Source of the DNA: Eledone cirrhosa
Lineage: Eukaryota
DNA length: 64,000 nt
Direction: 5' to 3'
NCBI GenBank assembly: GCA_964016885.1
Contig: OZ024751.1
Coordinates: 3,596,001-3,660,000, forward strand
Shown: positions 42,463 through 54,192 of the stretch, piece after piece
Position numbering within the stretch: the stretch's first letter is position 1
How the letters are laid out: every line of letters starts with the position of its first letter
The notes under the pieces: generated by a model
What the model was told of the DNA's origin: nothing
What the model saw: only the letters and a program-made list of their open reading frames with translations
Database searches by the model: none
Translations under genes and position numbers: made by a program

Positions 42463-44016
42463 ATGGAATTCTTTAAGATTTCTTCCTCTTTAAAAGACAT
42501 ACCTCTACCTAGAAACAAAGACTTTATTAAACAATTAATAGATAAATCGGACTCTTTTATAAGGAGAATCAGGTGGCGTGCATTCCACTTTGATAAATCT
42601 AATATAAATGAAAATGTCTCGGACTTCGACAAAGTTTTCAAATCTAAAAAAAATCCCCCCCCCCCCAACAAACTTTTAATTGACTTTGAAAACGATATAA
42701 TTTCTATCATACAAGGAGTCAAATTCAAGAGAAACTTCAAAGGCCAGGAATATCTGAAAGGCATTAAGGATAATATTGAGAGCTTAGAGAGAACTGAGAA
42801 GATCTTGGTGAAATCTGACAAGACCAACAACCTCTATGGAGTGCAAAAAGACATGCATAATGGCCTCATACTGAAAGAACTGAGGAAAAAGTACAAGGTA
42901 GCAGATAAGGCCGAACTTGAGAAAATGAATGTTGAGGCATCTTGTATAATGCATGAGTTGGAAATTGAGAACAAAACACAACCTTTCGTGCCCAGGAAAC
43001 CCAAGATCAATATGAAAGATCACAAAAGAAATTTTGAAAATGACCTGCCAGTCAGATTGATTGCACCATCAAAATCTGACCTGGGTAAACTTAGCAAAAA
43101 CATTCTAGACAGGGTGATACAGCAAATTAAAAACTTGAATTGTTTACCTAACTTGACCTTGTGGAAGGGAACTGGAGAGGTTATTGAGTGGTTTAAAGAA
43201 ATTAAATATAACAATAATAATAAATTTATTCAACTAGATATTGCTAACTATTATTCATCTATTACCCCTAATCTACTAAATAAGGCACTAAATTACGCAT
43301 TCAAACATACAGACCTAACTAGCAATGAAATGCACATTATATTATCGGCTAGGAAAACATTGATAGAATTTAATAACCAACTATGGACCAGAGCAGATAG
43401 AGATAACAATTTCGACATTACTATGGGATCATCCGACTCAGCTCAGGTAACGGACCTTGTGGGCCTATTTATAATTAATTCGCTGCATAGGAAAATACCC
43501 GGTGTTACCGGAGGATTATATAGAGATGACATGCTTTTACTTATTGAAAATAATAACTCTGAACTAAATAGAAAAAGAAAACAAATTACACAATTTTTTA
43601 ATTACTTTAATCTAAAAATAGAAATTGAGAATAACCATAGAATAGTCAATTTCCTAGATGTAACATTAAATCTCAACACATGTCTTCACTATCCATTTCA
43701 CAAGTTGAATGAAAACTTAAACTATGTCAGTTTTAACTCTAACCACCTCAGATCTGTTAAAAATACTATAGTGAACTCTGTTCAAAAATGTATCTCTAGA
43801 ATCTCATCTAATAAAAAGATTTTCGACGAAAAAGCCCAGTATTACAATGAAGCGTTAGCTAGAGCAGGATATAGTGATAAAATTATGTACATAGATAATA
43901 ATAGACAAACTAACCAAAATAACAACAATTTTAATTACGGCAACAACTTTAACAACTATAATAGAAAGCATTACAATAATTCCAAAGCCAAAAAAGAAAT
44001 AGAACTAGAAATATAA
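42463..44016 (+). CDS. PLE reverse transcriptase (N-terminal frame; true continuation shifts frame in the A6 run at 43990-43995)
   Basis: SSSLKDIP, FIRRIRWRAFHF, KSDKTNNLY, MKDHK, RLIAPSKSDLG, QLDIANYYSSI, FDITMGSSDSAQVTDLVG, GGLYRDDML, NFLDV. Confidence 0.93.
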   Translation: MEFFKISSSLKDIPLPRNKDFIKQLIDKSDSFIRRIRWRAFHFDKSNINENVSDFDKVFKSKKNPPPPNKLLIDFENDIISIIQGVKFKRNFKGQEYLKGIKDNIESLERTEKILVKSDKTNNLYGVQKDMHNGLILKELRKKYKVADKAELEKMNVEASCIMHELEIENKTQPFVPRKPKINMKDHKRNFENDLPVRLIAPSKSDLGKLSKNILDRVIQQIKNLNCLPNLTLWKGTGEVIEWFKEIKYNNNNKFIQLDIANYYSSITPNLLNKALNYAFKHTDLTSNEMHIILSARKTLIEFNNQLWTRADRDNNFDITMGSSDSAQVTDLVGLFIINSLHRKIPGVTGGLYRDDMLLLIENNNSELNRKRKQITQFFNYFNLKIEIENNHRIVNFLDVTLNLNTCLHYPFHKLNENLNYVSFNSNHLRSVKNTIVNSVQKCISRISSNKKIFDEKAQYYNEALARAGYSDKIMYIDNNRQTNQNNNNFNYGNNFNNYNRKHYNNSKAKKEIELEI

Positions 44017-44693
44017 TATGGTTTGCCCCCCCCCCCCCTTTCTCACTAAACATTAAAACCCACATCGTTAAACTATTTTTAAATGCTCTTGATAATCGCT
44101 TCCCTAGAACACATAAGTATCACTCAATTTTCAATAGACATACTATAAAATTAACTTACTCATCCACCAAAAATTTAGCACAAAATATTAATAGAATAAA
44201 TAATAGGAATTTAAAACCTAGCCAAAATACCAATAATAGCCTAAATAATATCCAAGTAAACAAATGTAACTGTAGAGATAGATCTAAATGTCCGTTAAAT
44301 AACAATTGCTTAGTTAAAAATATAATATACAACTGTAATGTTAAAACGGACTTAAATTCTTTTAACTATGTTGGTTCCACCTCGACAGAATTTAAACTTC
44401 GCTATAATAACCACAAGAATTCTTTCACAGATCCAAGCAAAAAATCTTCAACATCACTATCAGGCTTACTCTGGAAACTTAAGCATGATAACGTTGGATA
44501 TTCGACGGCTTGGAATATAGTCTCAAGAGGGATTCCTTTTAATTCATCTTCTGAGACATGTGACCTCTGCGCGGAGGAGATATTCTTTATACTAAAATTT
44601 AAAAATTCCCTTAATTTACGGACAAATTTATTCAGTTGCTGCAGACATAGATTGAACTCAACTTTTAAATATAAATATAAATTTAAAATGTAG
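43995..44693 (+). CDS. PLE linker + GIY-YIG endonuclease (open frame absent from the ORF track, no early start codon)
   Basis: Translated by hand: RNRTRNIIWFAPPPPFS...HKYHSIFNRHTIKLTYS...CNCRDRSKCPL..NCL..NIIYNC...YVGST..EFKLRYNNH...LW.LK...W...CDLCAEE...LNLRT....CCRH...KM*. Confidence 0.88.
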   Translation, partial: RNRTRNIIWFAPPPPFSLNIKTHIVKLFLNALDNRFPRTHKYHSIFNRHTIKLTYSSTKNLAQNINRINNRNLKPSQNTNNSLNNIQVNKCNCRDRSKCPLNNNCLVKNIIYNCNVKTDLNSFNYVGSTSTEFKLRYNNHKNSFTDPSKKSSTSLSGLLWKLKHDNVGYSTAWNIVSRGIPFNSSSETCDLCAEEIFFILKFKNSLNLRTNLFSCCRHRLNSTFKYKYKFKM

Positions 44694-46178
44694 TATATTT
44701 ACTTAAGATTTGTAATTATTTTTGAAACTCGCCGATAAATCTTTCGATTTCTTTTTTTTAAACATTCTTCATGAATAATTAAACTACCCTAAAAGATGAT
44801 GCTCCAAATATATCGAATAAATTTTACACTAGATAAACTTCTATAATAAATATAAGACCATCTTTAGATCAAATGGGGATCCTAAACTTTTGGAATGATT
44901 TCTGCTAGACAGGATTTGGTGAATAATTTTGGTTTTGTTTGCTTTTGATTCTGATGCTTATAATGAACTTGGCAATATATTGTCAAATAAATTTGAAGCG
45001 TAGATTTCTGTGGTTGATTTGCGGGGCATACTGTGTTTTATTACGGCCCGAGATACTCTGGGAATTTTCTTGGCGTTTTAATTATATTTGTTTATATTTT
45101 TTAATATTTTTTAATATTTCTAATATTTTTTAATATTTTTTAATATTTTTAATATTTTTAATATTTTTAATATTTTTATTGGTATATTGATATCTGTTGT
45201 CTATTTTATGCTTGAACGATAATCATGTAGAGTAAAGACAAGAATATTATTGTTAAAATTAATGTAGATTCTATATATATTTGTGTGTATGTACGCATAT
45301 ATGTATACTAGAATTTTTATAGCACAATGAGAATGTTTTCATGTGAAATAGGAATTTGCAGAGTTGATCACGTAAATTCACATGGATGTCTATAGTATCG
45401 AATCTGGGATAACCTTCTATTTTCTTTTTCTTTTTTCATGAAAGTGCATATATACTTATGTATTTCAATTTTTTTTTTTTTTTTGAAGTTTAACTCAGTT
45501 CTGATTATAAACCTAGGAATTTTAAACTAGACATATGATCATTATTTTTCACACATTATTGATACGTGTCTCATTCATGAATACTGATATTTACATTATA
45601 ATACCTAATTCATACGAATTGATATTTTAGATTGATGAAACATAATGTTTTAAATCTGCCTCGTTTATCTCTGGATATTTTTCTTTTCTCTCTATATAAC
45701 GGCTGTTTTCTCTCCTAACCACATATATCTCTCTCTACCTATAACTAAATAAATAAATAAATAAATATATCATTGATACGTCATTCAACTGGTGCCCAAC
45801 TACCTATTTTTCTCTCGCTCTATCTCTATCTCTATCTATATCTATCTCTCTCTATTTTTTTTCTCTCTCTCTCTTTTCTCTTTTCTCTTTTCTCTCTCTC
45901 TCTCTCTCTATCTATCTCCCTCTGTTTTTTCTCTCTCTATCTATCTCTCTCTGTTTTTTCTTTACATGAATTTCTTCTCTCTATCTATCTCTCTATATCT
46001 ATCTCTCTCTGTTTTTCGTTGCATGCATTTCTTCTTTTTCTTCGCTTTCTTTCTTTCTTTCTTTTCTTTTTTTCTCCATAACTGTCCCTAACATTTTTCA
46101 CTACCAAATCAACTTTTTAAATGGAAGTTGAAGTGTAAGGTATGTCAAATCTATCTATTTATAAGACTGTTTATATTG

Positions 46179-46240
46179 TATTTTGTCTGATGAAGGCATA
46201 CATATTTTTAATATATCCCTGAAATATATATAATGAAATA
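46179..46240 (+). ncRNA. Hammerhead ribozyme in the 3' pLTR of the near-intact PLE
   Basis: TATTTTGT-CTGATGA-AGGcATA...TATcCCT-GAAA-TATATA-TA/ATGAAATA; AATAAA overlaps stem I. Confidence 0.8.
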
Positions 46241-46280
46241 AATATGGTTTTATAAATATAGTTTCCATTTATTTAATATC

Positions 46281-46356
<76 letters not shown>

Positions 46357-46359
46357 GCA

Positions 46360-47428
46360 TTCTCACACATATGTGTAAACCTTATATTATACATAAATAT
46401 ACTATGTAAAAACTATCTAGTTATAATAAACTAAATAAAAAATGTTTTTAACCCCCTCCACACAAGTTTAAAGGATAACAATTATATAACCAATAATATT
46501 ATATATTTTATATACTCTGTATAGATTAATTTATAACACTACCACAATATTAAAACAACCCTTAATTTATCAACAACCCTTCGTTATTAACCCCCTTTAC
46601 AACTTCCTGTGTAAACTTAGAAAATTAAGGAACACAACAGTTCACCAACAGCTTAATAACGGTTAATGCAAACCCTAGAAAAGATAATTCGTAGATAAAA
46701 AATGCATAAAATAATATACCTAAAATAACAACATGGCCAGTAATTCGGCAGAATTTACATTTAACAAACACCAATTGACTATAAACGACTTAAAATAATC
46801 CCATGGTTAATAGCTGTGAGTAACAAACAACACATGCACATACATACGAACTACATCACAAAAACACTTAAATGAAAATCACATACCCAACTCTATCACG
46901 TGCTTTGCATTACACCTTACATAACAAATACCTACATTATCACCACATCCCTCTCTAACAAATTGCACACTATCTTAAACATTTATAACAATTATAACAT
47001 GATTTAACACCCCACACAAAATATGTTTATTTCAACTGCATTATACCTCTTTCCTCATACATGCCTTATTGACTGTATTGACTCCTGCATTGTACACCAA
47101 TTGTCCTTGCTTATAACTTCTTTCTCTGTGTTTTTTTTTTTTGCTTGTAATTTTTTTGCTTGTGCTTTTTACTTATACCTATTACACTTCCAACCAGTGC
47201 TGCCTGTAATTGTGTTCTTTCAAGCAGAACATCTTTTTAACTCCTGACTCTCCACATGATGTCTTTGACACTAATAACAATTATGTACCCTAAATGTTCT
47301 AAATGACTGGGATTTTAGTTACATGTTTCGACATTCCTTATGTTCCGATGAAACCAAACTTCCCTCTGGAAGAAACAATTGTCAGCAAATAAATGTTCGA
47401 AACTAAATTTTGATCGTTTTAACACTAT
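46360..47428 (+). mobile_element. Non-coding PLE-type 3' fragment ending in an HHR, in (TA)n
   Basis: HHR ~40 nt from the 3' end; microsatellite flanks. Confidence 0.55.
47341..47387 (+). ncRNA. Hammerhead-like motif, U4C core
   Basis: TGTT-CCGATGA-aaCCA...TGGaa-GAAA-CAATTG-TC/AGCA, then AATAAA 47388-47393. Confidence 0.6.
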
Positions 47429-47454
47429 GTATATATATATATATATACATATAT

Positions 47455-47527
<73 letters not shown>

Positions 47528-47649
47528 CCATAATTCCTCCTGGAGTCGCAGAGGCACCACCATACGGCGTGTCTAGGGTACTTTTAAACCTTGCGGAACC
47601 CTGCTCTGATCTTTTCTTTAGAAGAAGAATCGACCTCCACCGCTTGACT

Positions 47650-47775
47650 GATACTTTTTTTATCGATCTGGAAAGGATGAAAGGCAAAGTTGACCATGAG
47701 GGGATTTGAAATGATGGAGCGCAATCAGGTGAGACGAACACCGCAAAGCATTCTATCTGACGTCTTAACGACTCC
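47650..47775 (-). mobile_element. SINE copy
   Basis: TTTATCGATC..GAAAGGATGAAAGGCAAAGTTGACC...GGGATTTGAA. Confidence 0.6.
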
Positions 47776-47857
47776 CCCAATATACCATTTATACAAATAC
47801 ATATATATACACAAGTATATATAAGTTATATATGTATATATATATATACATACCTAA

Positions 47858-47920
<63 letters not shown>

Positions 47921-47924
<4 letters not shown>

Positions 47925-48093
47925 AAAATGTATGGCCCCGACGGCAGAGTTCAAGCCGTGTGGACGGCCGTTGAAACGGCTTGAGCTCTGCCGTCGGGGT
48001 TAAATATTTTCCTATTACCCACCCTACTACCCTAAGTATTGAGTACTTTGGTGCGTTATGGTCCATCTGGTTCCTTACCACAACTCCTTCGTT
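47921..48093 (+). mobile_element. Family F1 fold-back fragment
   Basis: 47921-47959 inverted against 47976-48014. Confidence 0.75.
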
Positions 48094-48124
48094 ATATATA
48101 TACATATACATATATATATATATA

Positions 48125-48314
48125 TAATTGTTTCTACTTTTGGCACAAGGCCAGCAATTACCCAGTACATTACTGTTACTTTATTTTATTGACCCCCGTA
48201 AGGATGAAAGGCAAAGTTAACCTCGACGGGATTTGAACTCAGACCGTAAAGGGACGTAACTATGCTGGAAAGCATGGTGTCCGACCCCCTACTGATACTG
48301 CCAATTCACCGCCC
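48125..48314 (-). mobile_element. SINE, same subfamily as 9400-9580
   Basis: Reverse complement shares CATAGTTACGTCCCTTTAC.GTCTGA.TTCAAATCCCG. Confidence 0.8.
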
Positions 48315-48542
48315 TATATATATATATAATAAGATGTTACAGTATCGTGAGAGAGAATAGAGAGAAGAAGCGTTATAGAAAGAGACGATACAGATATTTA
48401 ATTTTTATAAGCAGGAGCCCAACTTGGGCGTAACATGTGTAAGAGCTTCTATAAATATATTTTAACGGCTTGCTTCTCTTTCATCAATTTCTTCGATTAT
48501 ATAAATATATATGTATATATATACACACACATATACTCAATT

Positions 48543-48757
48543 CTTAGGGAAGTAGAGTGGTTTATAATAAAATGTTTGGCCCCGACGGCAGAGCTCAAGC
48601 CGTTTCGACGACTATTTATGTCCAGAAATAGCCGTCGAAACGGCTTGAGCTCTGCCGTCGGGGTCAAACATTTTCCTGCAAGCCACTCTACTTCCCTAAG
48701 TTTTGAGTACTCTGGTGCGTTATTGTCCATCTGGTTCCTTACCACACCTCCTTCGTC

Positions 48758-48758
<1 letters not shown>
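48543..48758 (+). mobile_element. Family F1 fold-back fragment
   Basis: 48543-48617 inverted against 48626-48700. Confidence 0.75.
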
Positions 48759-48789
<31 letters not shown>

Positions 48790-48793
<4 letters not shown>

Positions 48794-49411
48794 AAAAGAA
48801 TGAAACTAAATTTCATTTCTCACTCTTAGTACGGCTGCTACCTAAATATAAGTATGGTATACGTACATACATATATTTGTACAGACGCACAGTAGTATGT
48901 ATATATATACATACATGCGCACATATATATATGTACGTATGGGTTTACCGAACATTTATTATAATGTTCGGTTTGTTTGTAAACCAACAGCCCGAATTAC
49001 GCCGTACAGTGCTCGGCAACCATCGTCGCCCTTTTGTTCAACACCTTTTGTTAAACGATGTACTAGTTTGAAGCTTATTAGCTATCATCAGCATCGTATA
49101 CCTTTCTGTCAGATGATTTGAACGTCTGAAAGTATATACTTTCCTTATGCATATGAACGGCTGAGCAGCCTAATTTGCATATAGAGTGAGTTAGTCAGCC
49201 GGGCGTACCGAAAACGATAAATGGAAAAGAATGAAACGAAATTTCATTTCTCACTTTTAGTACGGCTGATACTTAAATATAAGTATGTATACGTACATAC
49301 ATATATGTATACAGACGCACAGTAGTATGTTTATATATACATACATGTGCACATATATATATGTACGTATGGGTTTACCGAACATTTATTATAATTTTCG
49401 GTTTGTTTACA
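48790..49411 (-). mobile_element. Family K tandem, ~431-bp monomer + partial unit
   Basis: TGGAAAAGAATGAAAC at 48791 and 49222; HHR ~49055-49097(-) with GAAA changed to CAAA. Confidence 0.8.
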
Positions 49412-49473
49412 ATATATATATGTATGTATATCTATAAATATATCTATATATATAAATATATGTATATATATAC

Positions 49474-50018
49474 AATAGAACAGGTGATTATTTAAATCGT
49501 TTTTTAATTTATTTAGAGAATTGTTTGATAACCGCTTACTCCGCTATTTTATATTGTTCTGGTATCTCGAATTAGTACCATTGAACCACAAATATTATAA
49601 ACACCTTGCATATTTCTACAAGTACATAGTGCCTGTTGAAGTATTCATCCACTTTATAATTTTTCTCCTTATGTAAAGAACAAAACGATGAATAATGCTG
49701 CTAATTTTAGTGGCAATATCAACATGTTTATAATAAACAGCTATTATCTGCGACCTGATTTTGCGTGTGTGTCATTTTAACGGCTTGACCGCATGCGTTG
49801 GGCAGGAAGCGAAATATTTACTTACTGTAAGGCTAGCAACCTTATAGTGTGGAAATAAGCTGTCTGAAGATTCATTTCTTTCCATTGGAAATTCTTTGGA
49901 TTTCCAATCTTTTGGAATGATGAAACCGTCGGTAACAGTAATAGAACAGGTGATTATTTAAATCGTTTTTTAATTTATTTAGAGAATTGTTTGATAACCG
50001 CTTGCTCCGCTATTTTAT
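49474..50018 (+). mobile_element. Retrozyme-like monomer (~466 bp) with terminal redundancy; diverged relative of 7702-8308
   Basis: 49474-49553 repeated at 49940-50018; shares GTTCTGGTATCTC.AATTA.TACCATTGAAC and TTGGATTTCCAATCTTTTG with 7702-8308. Confidence 0.8.
49859..49939 (+). ncRNA. Type I hammerhead ribozyme
   Basis: GCTGT-CTGAAGA-tTCATT...AATGAt-GAAA-CCgtcGG-TA/ACAGT; stems covary with 8038-8116. Confidence 0.8.
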
Positions 50019-50427
50019 ATATGAATATATGTATATATAAATATATGTAAATATATAAATATATGTGTATATATATAAATATATGTATATATATATAAAT
50101 ATATATATAAATATGTGTATATATATAAATATATGTATATATATAGATAAATATGTATATATACAAATATATGTATATATATAAATATATACATATAAAT
50201 ATATGTATATATATATATATGTATATATATAAATATATGTATATATATAAATATATGTATATATATAAATATATGTATATATATAAATATATGTATATAT
50301 ATAAATATATGTATATATATAAATATCTGTATATATATAAATATATACATATAAATATATGTATATATATGTATATAGATAAATATATTTATATATATAA
50401 ATATATATAAATATATGTATATATATA

Positions 50428-50482
<55 letters not shown>

Positions 50483-50486
<4 letters not shown>

Positions 50487-50603
50487 AGGCGTGTGGCTGA
50501 GTGGTTAGAGAATTGGATTCGCAATCGTAAGGTTGTGAGTTCGATTCCTGGACCAGGCGATGCGTTATGTCCTTGAGCAAGACACTTTATTTCACATTGC
50601 TCC
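50483..50603 (+). mobile_element. tRNA-derived CORE-type SINE, 5' part
   Basis: A box TGGCTGAGTGG, B box GTTCGATTCC, CORE-like TGTCCTTGAGCAAGACACTTTATTTCACATTGCTCC. Confidence 0.75.
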
Positions 50604-50840
50604 TTCTACCTGGAGTTGCGACCGATAGATAGTATTAGCAATTGGAAAGACCAACGGAAACATTGTTCCCTCGGTCCGATTTGACAAAAGTCGATCGTCT
50701 TCTATATATATATATATGAATGTATATATAGTGTATTTTGCAATACACTGTCTGCTTAATTAAAAGCACATTGCAAAATACACTATATATACATTCATAT
50801 ATATATCGCTATTTCAGAGCACCAATTCTAATTATTATAT

Positions 50841-51173
50841 ACGTTCAACAATCTGGCAGGAAGGTATACGTTGCTGACGATAGCTAACAAGCTTGAAACT
50901 AGTACAGCGTTCCTTTGTCAGTGTTGAACAAACGAGCAACGGTGGTTGCTAGACACTACGGCTTAATACGGGATGTTTGTTTACAAACACACCGAGCATT
51001 ATAATAAATGTTCGGTGAATCCATACGTGCATATATATATGTGTGCATGTATGTATATATATATATACATACTACTGTACGTCGGTATACATATATGTAT
51101 GTACGTGTACATACTTATATTTAAGTAACAGCCGTACTAAGTGTGGGAAATGAAATATCGTTTCATTTTTTCC

Positions 51174-51177
<4 letters not shown>
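50841..51177 (+). mobile_element. Family K fragment
   Basis: Reverse complement of 31823-32175. Confidence 0.75.
50869..50909 (+). ncRNA. Minimal hammerhead ribozyme of family K
   Basis: CGTTG-CTGACGA-tAGCtaacaaGCTt-GAAA-CTAG-TA/CAGCG; other copies have stem I ACGATG/CATCGT. Confidence 0.82.
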
Positions 51178-51210
<33 letters not shown>

Positions 51211-51471
51211 TATAGATAGGTAAATATACACGGGTGTGTATGATTGTGTATAGAAGATTATATTAATAAGAGGAATTCCAACTTTGTCTGATTTACTCGT
51301 TTTATTTACAATCCTTTAAAATATATATAATGGTATTATAATGAAATAGTATGATAGAATATTAAATTCTAAGTGTTAATTGAACAAGTACTTTCATGCT
51401 TTCGCAATCTTCAGGTTCATGATATGTGGTGACAGTCGAGTTTGCAATTTTCAATATATATATATATATAT

Positions 51472-52674
51472 AACGAAGGAAATGTGGTAAGAAACCAGAT
51501 GGACCATAACGCACCAAAGTACTCAATACTTAGGGTAGTAGAGTGGGTGATAGTAACAAGTAGGACCCCGACGGCTGAGCTCAAGCCGTTTCGACGGGTA
51601 ATTCTGGACTAAATGAATATTTTTATCCTGGTAAATAAATAGCCGAACTTCTCAGGGAGTAATTCCATATATGGTAAAAGTGATTGTCACAAGGATTGGT
51701 CAAAAGTTTGTTGTTGAGACACATGATTCTATCATGGCATTTTGTGGAAGGTAGGGTAGATGAACTTGCCAGTAGAAGAAAGAGGGAGAGGCAGTGGAGG
51801 AAACACAATCGAGCGTTGAAAGTGACAACTACAGCAGATTCTAAGGATAGAAGGTCGAAAAAAGTATACTAGAGAAGGGGATGGTGGAGGAAGTCGAAAC
51901 AATAAGTAAATCTATATAGAAAAATATAAAAAATCGAAATATAAAAAGTCGAAACAATAAGTAAATCTATATAGAAAAATATAAAAAATATAAAAAATAT
52001 AAAAAAAACACAATTTCTGGTTACTATTCCCCTTCCACAATCATCAAATCACTCACTGGTACTGCTAAGCTATAGAAACGTTTAATAGGTGGGACGGAAT
52101 ACTAAATACGCGATTGTAGTGAAAGAATTTTATGAGTTAGTGGTAATCGGCCAAATCTATCGTACAATGACAGGTCAACAAGTAGGGGGCCAAAATACTA
52201 AAAAAAATAATACGAAATAATAATTCAGAGTCCCGAAACTAATACGAAATATTAATTCAGAATCGCGAAACATGAATACTAATACGATATATATAAGTAC
52301 TGCTACAATACTTAAATTCTAATACAAACTACATAAATGCTCGTACAATATATATGAAAAAGTAATACGAAAAATTAATTCAGAATCTCCCCACCCCCAC
52401 CCCCACCCCCCAACAAATAAATAAATACTGTTATACGAGAAACTAAAGCAGAAATACCACTAAGAAATCTACCCCTACCTTCCACAAAATGCCATGATAG
52501 AATCATGTGTCTCAACAACAAACTTTTGACCAATCCTTGTGACAATCACTTTTACCATATATGGAATTACCCCCTGGTAAGTTCGGCTATTCATTTACCA
52601 GGATAAATATTTTCATTTAGTCCAGAATTAGCTGTCGAAACGGGTTGAGCTCAGCCGTCGGGGTCCTACTCGTT

Positions 52675-52678
<4 letters not shown>
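51472..52678 (-). mobile_element. Longest family F1 copy with inverted 5' segment (52466-52678) and degenerate HHR
   Basis: 51552-51761 inverted against 52467-52678; ACCCC-CTG(A/G)(G/T)AA-...GAAA-CGG(C/G)TTGAGCTCAGCCG-TC/GGGGT. Confidence 0.75.
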
Positions 52679-52719
<41 letters not shown>

Positions 52720-52748
52720 AAATGTGTGTAATCCTTGGTACAGTTTGG

Positions 52749-52898
52749 TATATTAAGACAGGGGGAAGAAAAAAATGGCTTCACTTGTGCTTTCAACAAA
52801 TTTATTTTCTTCACAAAATCCAAAAAGTTTTGTGAAGAAAATAAATTTGTTGAAAGCACAAGTGAAGCCATTTTTTTCTTCCCCCCTGTCTTAATATA
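52749..52898. repeat. ~70-bp-arm fold-back in (TA)n
   Basis: TATATTAAGACAGGGGGAAGAAAAAAATGGC...TCACAAAA / TTTTGTGA...CCCCCTGTCTTAATATA. Confidence 0.85.
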
Positions 52899-52910
52899 TA
52901 TATATATATA

Positions 52911-53180
52911 TCCTTTGTTCTGTCCTACGCCATCTTGGTGTAGGACAGAACAAAGGAGAGGCACAAAACAAAGAAAAGGATCCCCAGTCACTGAAGAGGT
53001 CACAGAATGTGTGACGAAAGAACTTTGACAATATATGAACAACCGTCCGGTTATGGAACCAACCAACCAACCAACCGGAAATTTATAAATTCTTAAATTT
53101 ATAAATTTAATTTATAATAAATTGGAGTGAAAGCAACTGGTGCGTGTGTGTCTTATTGGCAACATGACCCTCCAAAGCAT

Positions 53181-53190
<10 letters not shown>
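52911..53190 (+). mobile_element. Short HHR element with 5' hairpin (52912-52957); distant relative of the 18557/58832 family
   Basis: 3' end ATGACCCTCCAAAGCATAACAATAT resembles the reverse complement of TATTGTTATACTTGGGGAGGGTCAT. Confidence 0.7.
52987..53029 (+). ncRNA. Minimal hammerhead ribozyme with one extra base before stem II
   Basis: GTCA-CTGAAGA-g-GTCACAgaatgTGTGAC-GAAA-GAAC-TT/TGAC. Confidence 0.75.
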
Positions 53191-53236
<46 letters not shown>

Positions 53237-53238
<2 letters not shown>

Positions 53239-53700
53239 AAAGTTATATTTAAAATTGTTGGGTTACAACTAGTAAATATTTATAACTGATATAAAATCAC
53301 TCGACAAATATTTGGAGTATATTTACAATATTAAATAAATGGAAACTATATTTATAAAACCATATTTATTTCATTATATATATTTCAGGGATATCATATT
53401 AACAATATGCTATGCCTTCCTCAGACAAAATACAATATAAACAGTTTTATAGATAAATAGATTCGACATACCGTAACAACATCGACTTGCATTTGAAGAG
53501 GTTGATTTGGCAGTCAAATCAACCTCTTCAAATGCAAGTCGATGTTGTTACGGTATGTCGAATCTATTTATCTATAAAACTGTTTATATTGTATTTTGTC
53601 TGAGGAAGGCATAGCATATTGTTAATATGATATCCCTGAAATATATATAATGAAATAAATATGGTTTTATAAATATAGTTTCCATTTATTTAATATTGTA
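53237..53700 (-). mobile_element. Solo pLTR of the 40679-46282 family as a near-perfect palindrome, HHR on both strands (~53368-53433 -, ~53592-53657 +)
   Basis: 53325-53509 is the reverse complement of 53515-53700; centre GATTTGGCAGTCAAATC. Confidence 0.88.
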
Positions 53701-53758
53701 TATATATATATATATAAAATTATATATATCTATATATATATATATATACATATATATA

Positions 53759-54023
53759 TAGGAAAATGTATGACACCGATGGCAGAGCTCAAGCCGTTTC
53801 GACGGCTATTTCTGGACGAAATTAGAATTTTTTTTTTAATTTATAATTTAATCCAGAAATAGCCATCGAATCGGGTTGATCTCTGCCATCGGTGTCATAC
53901 ATTTTCCTATTACCCATTCTACCCTAAGTATAAGTATTTTCCTATTACCCACTCTACTACCCTAAGTATTGAGTACTCTGGTGCGTTATGGTCCATCTGG
54001 ATCCTTACCACAACTCCTTCGTT
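53759..54023 (+). mobile_element. Family F1 fold-back fragment
   Basis: 53759-53816 inverted against 53852-53909. Confidence 0.75.
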
Positions 54024-54026
54024 ATG

Positions 54027-54092
<66 letters not shown>

Positions 54093-54192
54093 ATTCTTTT
54101 TTTACTTGACCACTGCCACGTCACAGTTGTTAGCCATTTTGAATTCGTTTCTGGCGGGGATCATTTCAGAAAAATCTTGGTCCAAGTGAGTT

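Larger units (their letters stand above)
40679..46282 (+). mobile_element. Near-intact full-length Naiad-type PLE with ~1.5-kb inverted 5' copy of its 3' region, in (TA)n
   Basis: 40766-42297 is the reverse complement of 44793-46282; partial direct pLTR 42299-42415 precedes the ATG; HHRs at 40809-40874(-) and 46179-46240(+). Confidence 0.93.

Noticed and set aside
43987-43998. Programmed -1 ribosomal frameshift between RT and EN
   Set aside because: C AAA AAA is not a canonical X XXY YYZ heptamer, no obvious downstream structure, and the 23127-24323 paralogue reads through in frame; an indel is more likely
50483-50555. tRNA gene
   Set aside because: A and B boxes are present but the acceptor stem is poor and it runs into a CORE-like SINE body
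52829-52870. GTGAAGA...GAAAGCAC as an HHR in the small fold-back
   Set aside because: C3G core, no UH triplet after stem III, no stem I
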